DNA of 63,491 bases, counting the filler, from Lenisia limosa (lineage: Eukaryota > Protista > Breviatea), in the NCBI GenBank assembly GCA_001655205.1. It is 16 parts of 16 records of this genome, joined end to end, with 100 filler letters (N's around TTAATTAATTAA, not from the genome) between each part and the next. Parts side by side here need not be neighbours in the genome. Positions count along the whole stretch, not along the records: positions 50,043 to 51,124 come from LPNZ01004368.1; positions 51,225 to 55,766 come from LPNZ01009687.1; positions 55,867 to 56,883 come from LPNZ01002918.1; positions 56,984 to 58,154 come from LPNZ01002548.1; positions 58,255 to 60,104 come from LPNZ01007011.1; positions 60,205 to 61,231 come from LPNZ01001505.1; 10 more parts are not named here. One strand, 5' to 3'. Under the pieces are notes generated by a model. It made no database searches. It was not told where the DNA came from and saw only the letters and a program-made list of their open reading frames with translations. Each line of letters opens with the position of its first letter. Within the stretch, counting starts at the first letter, position 1. Position numbers and translations under genes: made by a program. This document shows positions 50,990 to 60,316 of this stretch, in pieces.

Positions 50990-51088
50990 TAGGGTTTCAC
51001 TTTGGTTGGGAAAAAAAAATGAATTTATCGATAAATCTTCGAAAATTAACGATATTTTACCGGTTTTCCGAACCGAAGTGAAGCCCTA
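50990..51088. mobile_element. Family A hAT-type MITE
   Basis: TAGGGTTTCACTTTGG...CCGAAGTGAAGCCCTA; flanks CTTAGAAC / CCTAGAAT (6/8). Confidence 0.87.
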
Positions 51089-51225
51089 CCTAGAATGCAA
51101 AATGCCGCATCCCCCCCCCCCCCGNNNNNNNNNNNNNNNNNNNNNNNNNNNNNNNNNNNNNNNNNNNNTTAATTAATTAANNNNNNNNNNNNNNNNNNNN
51201 NNNNNNNNNNNNNNNNNNNNNNNNC

Positions 51226-54200
51226 CACGAAGCAGACACAGAGGAGTGTTCCGCATTTGTTGCCATTGCCGATAGCATCGCCGCCCTCACCAGGGACTTC
51301 CAGACCCCGAGCTACAGCAATGGTGAGGCCGGAAATGAACTGAACTGAACTGAACTGAACTGAATTTCGATTTATTGGTGTCATATTTTATAAATATCTC
51401 ATTTTCCGTTTCTCACGCTAGCAGAACTCGGTAATCTCCTCTCCCCCGCTCTGAAGCTCGCAGCCAACGGTTCGTCCCAGCTCTTCTCCCTCGCAAAGGT
51501 GGGTAAGATGGATACTCAAATTCCTGCTTAATTTGGTACCGACCAATCATAATTGTCGCCCCCCCCCCCACCGCTGGAGTGATGGGATGCGGTGCTGCAG
51601 AAGCGATTGACCGGGCTTTGTTAACTCTCATGGTTGTTGTCAGCAACAGAGTTAATTTTGGGCTTTTTTGTTTTGTAAATTTTCCAATTTTACCCCCTTC
51701 CCTCTTAGATGTTTGCCCCGGTCGCGTCCTTCCCGAAGTGCAAGGAGTCCCTGGCGTTCTGCTCCAAGTCCGTGCTAGAGGCCTCCGCTGAAATCATCGC
51801 CATGGCCAAGAAGGGTGGTGTTGATGCCACTATTTTCAGTACCCTGTCTAGCACTCATAGGTGAGAAGGGATGAGATATTGGTGATTTGTTGGAATTATG
51901 TTTTTATACTTTGTCCAAGTGTTTAACTATCATATGGTTTTATTGGACGAGATTAATATGGTGCAAAGATGGTTTAGTATTGTTGGTGTTGGGGATCGGA
52001 ATATGTTGTTTTTGGTGTTGGTGGAGGACTTTGGGTGTTTTATTGGTATTATTCTTTTTTTATTTTGTCGAAAAGGGCTTAAATAGTATATCAGAGTGGG
52101 CTTCCCATTTTGACGGTCTTTTTCGGACCGAGGGAAGACCTACATATAGTGTTGACGAGATTTTTATGGTTCAAAGATGCTTTAATGGTATTGTTGGTAT
52201 TGGAGATCGAAAAATGTTGTTTTTGGTGTTGGTGGTTTCTATTTGGCACTTTTTTTTGCTATATGATAGGTATTGCTTGTTTTGTTGTGTTGTTTATATT
52301 GCTTGTTTACCTTGATTGTTTTTTGGAGTTTCTGATATTCATCTTCAAAATTTCCTTCATTTTACTCCCTCCAGCAACCTGACCACGAAAATGTCGAGCC
52401 TCCTTGTGGCCTTCGACCGTCTGGCAAAGTTCAGCGTTCTTGACTTCAAGCCCAAAATCGAAGCTGCTGTGTCACAGGTGAGAGATGGGAGAACTGTGTA
52501 TCCTCGAACCTTACTATCTGATGCGGTGCTACAGAAGCGNNNNNNNNNNNNNNNNNNNNNNNNNNNNNNNNNNNNNNNNNNNNNNTGGGTTTTTTTGTTT
52601 CATAAATTTCCAATTTTAATTACCTCCCCTCCCCAGGCCTTCATCCTCCTCTCCACACTGCACAAGCTGCTGAGCGAAGGCGATAAGAACCCCATTCTCA
52701 TGTCAGCCAAGTCTCTTGGCGCTGAAATCCAAAAACTGGCGCGTGTTGGGAGAAAGGTGGGAGAGGACAAAAAGAAGCTGCACTTTGCTTTGCTTTGCAC
52801 CCATCTTCGTTTTACTGAGTTATGTACAGGGGTTTACAGTCCGAAAAAGACTGAGTTTCTTGATTAATCCTCGATAAATATCGATTTTTTAAGGGCTTTT
52901 TCAGACCGTAGGGAAGCCCTAGTTTTGCATGTTCTTCCCCCCGTGTTATTGTAAAACAACCATCTTCTTTCTTTACTACCGATTATACTATGGTTGTTAA
53001 CAACCCCCCGCCCTTTTACTATGTTGCTCTCTTTCCTCCCTCATTTTATAGGTTGCTACTGCCGATCCGGACCCGGACGTGTCACTGCAGTTCCGCCTTG
53101 CCTTGAAGTCTCTTTACTTGGCTATTTCAACCTTCCTGAAGGTACGGGGGGGGGGGGGNNNNNNNNNNNNNNNNNNNNNNNNNNNNNNNNNNNNNNNNNN
53201 NNNNNNNNNNNNNNNNNNNNNNNNNNNNNNNNNNNNNNNTATTCTGGGTAATGAATTATGAGAAAATCATTACTACCATCACCAAAACGACTGAGTTTCT
53301 TGATTCTTTTCGAATCGATATGAATTATTTCCGGACTTTTTCGGACTGAATTGAAGCCCCACTCATAACCAATCAAATATTTGACATGATCACACAATAA
53401 TAAAAAACAAATATTCCTCAGTGTAAGGTACTATGCATTTGCTAATACTTTACAGGGGCTGTCAGCTGCCGCCAAGGAGCCAACCTTCACTGTACCCGCC
53501 ACCCTGGCTCAGAGTGTGACCGCGTTGAAACACTCCGTCTTTACCTTCCAAGTGGGGGGGGGGGGCGTTGCAGAAAGACCGTACTATTTGGCCGATTTCC
53601 ATTTTAGGCAAGTCATATTCCCAAATTTCTTTTTCGGCTAGGTGAAATAATCCCATATATGTATTTCCCTTTCCAGGCTAGTAATACTCCAAAATTTCCA
53701 TTGGTAGGTAATATCCCTACCTTTAGCATTGGAATCAAGCGATATGTGTCCAAACTTCCATTTTAGGACTTTATTCACCACTCTAGGCTATCATGTCTGG
53801 TGTCAACAGCAAATGGGCGCTTATCAACGTGGGAGGTGAAAAACAACTAAAAAAAAAATAATTCAAAAACTGAAAATAAACTAAAAATTAACTTAAAATT
53901 AAAAATAAACTAAAAATTAACTTAAAATTAAAAATTAACTAAAAATTAACTAAAAAACCACATCATATTTACGATTTTAGTCATTTGATATGAAGCAAAC
54001 CACGCCCTACCTCGAAGCCGCTCTCAAGGAGAACGTTGCTGTATGAGGGAGGGGGTACCATTATAAGTTATTATATTTTGCAACATCCCCCGCCGCGCCC
54101 CCTCTTGATGATAGGATGCGCTGCAAGCAATTGGCTGTTTTTTTGTTTTCAAAACTCGTGTGCTGTCAGTTTGTGATTTCTTGTTTCAAAATTTTTCCAA

Positions 54201-55766
54201 TTTTACTCCCCCTCCCCCTAAATTTTGAATTTATGCCGCCCAGAACGCAGACGTCTGCTACGCGGCACATACCGACCTGAAGGAACAAACAGAGTCTATG
54301 GCTATCAGACCATTTGACCTGGCTGAGCTGGCAAGTGGTGTGGGGGGATTGAATAGAGAGAGAGAGAGCTACAACTTTGTTATATTTCTCATTGCTATCA
54401 ATAGGAAATAATATCTACTATGTGTAACCTCCCCCCTTTATGGATTTTTGGCTTCGTGATTAGTACCTTTACGCAAATATTTATTCTTCATCGAATTCTT
54501 CTTCGTTTATCCCCCCCCCCCCCCCNNNNNNNNNNCGGTATTCAATGCGACAACATTCCTTGAGAAGGCCCAAGTCACCCTGCAAGGCACAGGCAAGGCC
54601 GTCAAGAGAGACTTGACCAAGTATTGGGGGTTTTCTGAACAAGAGAAATTAAATACATTAGAAATCTAGGGAAGTGGGGGGGGGGGGGCTTTCACAATTC
54701 TAATNNNNNNNNNNNNNNNNNNNNNNNNNNNNNNNNNNNNNNNNNNNNNNNNNNNNNNNNNNNNNNNNNNNNNNNNNNNNNNNNNNNNNNNNNNNNNNNN
54801 NNNNNNTGGATATTAGAGTGTCTGGGAGAGGGTTCTCGTTATAAATTTTCCGACTTCTCATTTTGAAATTTATTTTTATAATAACTGCACAGAGCCCAAC
54901 GTATTTCCCATTTTCACAGATTGATACAGAAACCCGGATACCACAGGTCTTTTGCCAATGACTGCGCGGACCTTTCCAATCAATATGATAATATATCATA
55001 TGCAGAAATGTCTAGCAATGATAAATAAAAAAACAGAGTTATATCTGATAGAAAATATACTTCTTTCACATTCCTAACATAGTATTCCATCTTATTCCAT
55101 CTTAGGTCATTTGCCGATGTCTGCGCGGACCTTTCCAAGGCCGTGGCCGAGGCCGTCAAGGCCAACCCCCTTGTCGAGATTCACACCATCTCTGCTGCTA
55201 TCTCGTGGGGAGAGGTGTTTTTTGTTTGTTTTTTTAGCATGAGAAGTAATATATGATGAATCTAAGGAAACTTTTTTTCATAAATTTTTCAAGTTTCCCC
55301 CGATACAGTGCTGCAGAAGTGACCGGTCTGGGCCTTTTTTTTGTTTTGTTGTTATCAACCCTCGTGTGTTATCAGCCAACAGAGTTGATTTTGGGCTTTT
55401 TTTATCTTAAATTTTCCAATTTTACCCCCCCCCCCCNNNNNNNNNNNNNNNNNNNNNNNNNNNNNNNNNNNNNNNNNNNNNNNNNNNNNNNNNNNTCTCT
55501 GAAAATTCGAGTTCCGTAGCTGAGGGAAACTACTTCATGATGGCAGGCAACTTGTTGACATCTATCAACTCTCTTCACCAAGTGGGGCACGTTGTGCTTT
55601 ATTATATTGATAAAATATCTATTTTTAATCAATGGATTTGTTTTTGGTATCCCTATGTATTCGTATGTTTTAGATATTTTTATGCATATCTTTCCAATTT
55701 TACTTCCCTAGTCACTTTGTTCGATGTCGAAGGCAGCTGTTGTTGGTAACATTCAAGGCCTCATTA
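51226..55766 (+). CDS. Large Ala/Leu/Ser-rich helical-bundle protein fragment, talin-rod/vinculin-like
   Basis: About 14 in-phase exons giving ~400 aa of amphipathic helices, e.g. ILMSAKSLGAEIQKLARVATADPDPDVSLQFRLALKSLYLAISTFLKGLSAAAKEP; family call is by pattern only. Confidence 0.55.
51337..51365. repeat. (CTGAA)n microsatellite in a ~100-nt intron
   Basis: Direct inspection. Confidence 0.9.
51571..51707 (+). repeat. Family E element, most complete copy, forming an intron 3' end
   Basis: CGCTGGAGTGATGGGATGCGGTGCTGCAGAAGCG...CAGCAACAGAGTTAATTTTGGGCTTTTTTG...TTTCCAATTTTACCCCC..CTTAG abutting an exon. Confidence 0.88.
52827..52921. mobile_element. Family A hAT-type MITE (B-type)
   Basis: Core plus AGACCGTAGGGAAGCCCTA; flanks GTTATGTA / GTTTTGCA (6/8). 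Confidence 0.82.
53850..53958. repeat. A-rich intronic tandem repeat (AAAATTAACT/AAAATAAACT units)
   Basis: Direct inspection. Confidence 0.85.
54446..54525 (+). repeat. Family F intron-3'-end element
   Basis: GCTTCGTGATTAGTACCTTTACGCAAATATT..CTTCATCGAATTCTTCTTCGTTTATCCCCCC; copies at 38148, 47028, 52328, 58430, 58552. Confidence 0.85.
55305..55436 (+). repeat. Family E element at an intron 3' end
   Basis: GTGCTGCAGAAGTGACCGG...ATCAACCCTCGTGTGTTATCAGCCAACAGAGTTGATTTTGGGC...TTTCCAATTTTACCCCCCCC. Confidence 0.88.
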
Positions 55767-55872
55767 NNNNNNNNNNNNNNNNNNNNNNNNNNNNNNNNNN
55801 NNNNNNNNNNTTAATTAATTAANNNNNNNNNNNNNNNNNNNNNNNNNNNNNNNNNNNNNNNNNNNNTAATAC

Positions 55873-56591
55873 CATCCTCCCACCAGACACATCTCCGGCG
55901 TCTCTGAAAGGCGCAGCGATTGCAAGGTCTTGGTAGCCGTCCTTGTTGATGTCTCCTGAGGAGTGTTAGTTCCTTGAATTGCGAGGATCATATTGCACCC
56001 CCCCCCCTTCTTTTTCCCAGGGCTTTACTATCGAAAAATTCAGTCTTTTTTTTTGAACCGAAGTGAAGCCCTAGTTATATACCACCCCGCGCCATACCCA
56101 GACAGATCATATTGTAGCCGAAGAAAGAGCCGACTTTGTCACCTTCAAGAGACCATGAAACTTCCCTACTTGGCTGGCCTGGGGGAGAGGTAAATTGGAA
56201 TAATAAAGAAAAAAAGCCCAAAATTAACAAGAAATGTCAAATGTGTATGTTTTATTGGTACTACCATCCTTCCTATGTTGTAACCAATCCCCCAACCGAA
56301 GGGCCCCTGGAGTCCGTAATAGGCATACACCTTTCCAGAGTCGCGGATGTCACCACTGGAAGGTCAGAAAGGAACTTAAAACATTTATTGATTTGTTTTT
56401 TAATTATTTCTTGAGGACCAATTGGCAATTTCTAAAAAAAAAAACATCAGAGCTACATAATATATCATATGTATAATATGTACATGTATGTGTACCTTAT
56501 TCAAATACTTGGGCTTAATGAACAAAAGCAAAGTCCTACCTGTAATAAGGGGCTGAGACGAACACTTCGGGCGTTCCATCACCGTTCATAT
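55873..56591 (-). CDS. FG-GAP repeat (integrin-alpha-type beta-propeller) protein fragment
   Basis: DMNGDGTPEVFVSAPY, SGKVYAYYG, WSLEGDKVGSFFGYNM, GDINKDGYQDLAIAAPF..GGRM across four exons. Confidence 0.88.
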
Positions 56592-57048
56592 CTACAGCAT
56601 TAAAAAGGGATAAGTTATCTACAGCATTAAATAAGAGATAAGGTTACCCACAGTGTACGAGAAACATCGCTATTATCAATCTCGGTTTGTTTCGGACCAT
56701 TACTATGACATATTATGCCACTTTTATCCTTCTTCTACCCTCGAGTATCCACTTGTTATATTTCTTCACTTTATACCATCATATCATATAACCAGTCTGA
56801 TACATAACCTTAAGCCATGTTTTAATAGTAGTTAGCCCCATTTTTAACAACTCATCGCTTCATATACTACCCCGTTTTCACCANNNNNNNNNNNNNNNNN
56901 NNNNNNNNNNNNNNNNNNNNNNNNNNNTTAATTAATTAANNNNNNNNNNNNNNNNNNNNNNNNNNNNNNNNNNNNNNNNNNNNGTAAGGCAAATGATTGG
57001 GTGAGCTAATATTTTTGATATTTCTCATTGCTATACAGATATCATATG

Positions 57049-57143
57049 TAGGGTTCACGACAGTCCGAAAAAGACCGGTAAAATATCGATAGTTATGGAG
57101 GTTTTATCGAAAAAAATCCGTTTTTTGGGACCTTAGGGAAGGT
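57049..57143. mobile_element. Family A MITE (B-type, degenerate)
   Basis: TAGGGTTCACGACAGTCCGAAAAAGACCGGTAAAATATCGAT...GGGACCTTAGGGAAGG. Confidence 0.75.
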
Positions 57144-57462
57144 ATTGCCAAATTTGGAGTATGATATGATACATAATATTTATCATTGATATTTTCATGT
57201 GTCTATATCATCTATCGATATCGATATGTTTCGTTGTATGTGTTGAAAATACAACCTCAATAAACTTATATTTTAGATGGGGGGTTCAACCTCAATAAAC
57301 TTATATTTTAGATGGGGGGTAGTTTGATGCTCTTCTACGTGATACGGTCGCAGCTTCTGCGGACGTTTTCAATGATTACGCAACGCCAACGCGCAGTATG
57401 TGGTGTGGCGTGATTATGTCTATACCAACATGTACATATGATATGATATACCGTATTAGTAT

Positions 57463-57818
57463 TAGGGTGCCGTGCAATTAATTGAAAGCGACAATTAGTT
57501 GGCAATTAATTGCAATTAATTTTTTCAACTCTTTTTTTCATAACTGCTAATCGACAATTAATTCAAACAAATCCGTATTTTTCGCTGGGCATAATCTTTG
57601 TTATTGACATTGATCCTTGTGAAGCCCTGTTTTTTTTGTTTTTTGAAGATACTATGTCGTCAAACAACTCAAAGTCGGTATTTTCAATCATACTGTTGTC
57701 AATTTGGAGAATGATGGTGCAATTTAATTGGCCATTAGATGGTAATTATTAATTGGTAATTAATTGGTAATTAATTGGTAATTAATTGCAGGAATTAATA
57801 GCAATTAATTGTAACCTA
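57463..57818. mobile_element. ~356-bp hAT-like non-autonomous element with AATTAATTG subterminal repeats
   Basis: Starts TAGGGTG, ends AACCTA; clustered AATTAATTG(G) motifs at both ends; flanks ATTAGTAT / ATTAGTTA (6/8). Confidence 0.55.
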
Positions 57819-58254
57819 ATTAGTTACATAGTAGAGTATATCAGATCATATACTTTTAGGACTTCACTTCGGTGCGGAAAAAAAAGACGTTATTTTTCGA
57901 TAAATCTTCAGAAATTATCTATATTTAACCCGTATTTTTCGAACTTGTAATAGACACACCCAGAATCGTAGGTTCAGATTGGAATTACGATACCTGGGAA
58001 TATATAGTTATCAAAATCATAGGTTGGAATTGAAACTAAGGAGCGCATATGTGGCGATTTTGTAATTCAGTCAGCTTAAAAAGGGATGGTGAAAATACCC
58101 ATTTTTTGATGTGCAGATTTCGGGTTAATCCTAAATAGGGCCGAAAAAATACCANNNNNNNNNNNNNNNNNNNNNNNNNNNNNNNNNNNNNNNNNNNNTT
58201 AATTAATTAANNNNNNNNNNNNNNNNNNNNNNNNNNNNNNNNNNNNNNNNNNNN

Positions 58255-60004
58255 CTTCGATCAACTCGGACAGTGTTCTGTGTCGATGGTTCTCGCTCCT
58301 GTCTGCTGAGGCTGCTCTGAAGCATTTCGTGGGCGCGGGAGGGGGGTAATTGCTATTCCCTAATCTCCTAGTTGGGCTGATCGTGTTTGTTATTGCTTGC
58401 TTTTTTTTTGTTTTGCTTATTTGGAGTTTCAGATTATTTGGTTCGTGATTAGTACATTTACGGCAATATTCTTCATCGAATTTTCTTCGTTTTACTCCGC
58501 CCTCCCGCAAGTTCTTTGATTGTTTTTTTTTTTTAATTTTGGGATTTTACAATATTCGGTTTGTGATTAGTACCTTTTAGGCTATTCTTCAAATAATTTG
58601 CCATTTTAACTCAACCACCTCCACCCCCTTCNNNNNNNNNNNNNNNNNNNNNNNNNNNNNNNNNNNNNNNNNNNNNNNNNNNNNNNNNNNNNNNNNNNNN
58701 NNNNNNNNNNNNNNNNNNNNNNNNNNNNNNNNNNNNNNNNNNNNNNNNNATCTTGAGCCAGACTATCAAGGCTTCTATCAAACGCCCAGTATGGGGGGTG
58801 TTAAGAGGGTTTATTGGGGGTATATCATATATTTGTTTAGTGGTTTTAGAAAAGTTTTTTTTTTATTGAAATAGGAGGTGTTAATTTGACATATTAGGAC
58901 TCCCTTATTATATTAGGAAACTCCCACTTACCATATTAGGAACTTGTGAAGGAGGTTCAGTTCGGCCCTTTCAAACGCATAGTTGACGATGGGCTTGAGG
59001 TATGCTGAGTAATATCTCCACACCTCCCCCAACGACTATCACCAGTTTATATTAGTGGCTTGTTTGTATTCCATTTTCTTTTTAGTCTTCCACAAATATA
59101 TCTTTCTGATTTCACTCCACCATAGTCGCGTGAGAATGCGTACACACTCCTTGGGGCCTTAGTAGACAGCAATGTTCCGCTCGACAAGCTGGATGGCCTT
59201 ACTAAATGCCTGATTAACGGGCTTCAAGATGTGAATGGTGGGTGGAGGGGGCCCCTCCAAACGCATGCACTAAGGGATAAGCCTTGACCGATTGATTTCC
59301 CAAGGAAAATCGGTTAAGCCTTATATCGATATATGTTGGAGTGGGGGGGGGGGGTCAAGNNNNNNNNNNGACGGGTTCCTTTACTTAGAGAGGACAGATT
59401 CAAGTCTTTTTGTTTTTCTATTTTACCGTTTTGTGGTTATCAACCCTCATGTGTTGCTTGCCAACAGAGTTGATTTTGGGGTTTTTTTATTCATAAATTT
59501 TCCTATTTTACCCCCCCCCCCCCAGAAATTGCTCTGAATTGTCTGCGCATTTTCCGCAGAGTCGCCAAGGTTGATGCCTCGNNNNNNNNNNNNNNNNNNN
59601 NNNNNNNNNNNNNNNNNNNNNNNNNNNNNNNNNNNNNNNNNNNNNNNNNNNNNNNNNNNNNNNNNNNNNNNNNNNNNNNNNNNNNNNNGTGAAGGAATGT
59701 TATTATTGCTCAAAGTGGAAGTGTAGGGATTTTTTTGATATTACTATTTTTTGATGGGGGAGGGATTACAATGTGCTTTTTGAGATTCATCATCATCAGG
59801 ATAACCACCACTTTCATCATCATCACCATCAACATCACCAACAACCATCACCTCTTTTTTTTTTGAACACCGGCGATTTAATTTATCATAACTATTAGCG
59901 AAAGGAAGGCAAATATAACTTTTAACTCCTCAGACTCGAAGAACCTCAGTGTGTGTCTCAAGACCATCATCAACCGCAAAGCGAAGGAGAGCGATAGTGA
60001 AGAG
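58255..60004 (+). CDS. CAND1: Cullin-associated NEDD8-dissociated protein 1, C-terminal fragment
   Basis: ELVKEVQFGPFKRIVDDGLESRENAYTLL..LINGLQD and LKTIINRKAKES match the CAND1 C-terminus (EVEMGPFKHTVDDGL). Confidence 0.88.
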
Positions 60005-60204
60005 GTGGGGGAGTGATTGTTTGTTTTTTTAAAAAAATAAATCAATTCTTCGACTTAGAAACTTCCTTATTTGACCTTTTGGGGGTTTTATTTTTGTTTC
60101 ATACNNNNNNNNNNNNNNNNNNNNNNNNNNNNNNNNNNNNNNNNNNNNTTAATTAATTAANNNNNNNNNNNNNNNNNNNNNNNNNNNNNNNNNNNNNNNN
60201 NNNN

Positions 60205-60297
60205 GATAAGAGATATTTGATAATAGTATAGTACTAATTCACCCAATCATTTGCATTACAACTCTGTGCACACAGCTTTCCCTGTGCCTCCCCAGCA
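60205..60297 (-). repeat. Family D repeat, partial
   Basis: CACCCAATCATTTGCATTACAACTCTGTGCACACAGCTTTCCCTGTGCCTCCCAGC. Confidence 0.85.
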
Positions 60298-60316
60298 AGT
60301 CGTAATATAAACCTAC

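Noticed and set aside
55766-55873. Talin-like and FG-GAP genes as a physical adhesome cluster
   Set aside because: Separated by an artificial linker; adjacency is unsupported
58255-58345. Possible non-AG acceptor on the minus strand after a C-run
   Set aside because: The segment reads better as a plus-strand CAND1-contig exon ending at a normal GT followed by a G-run
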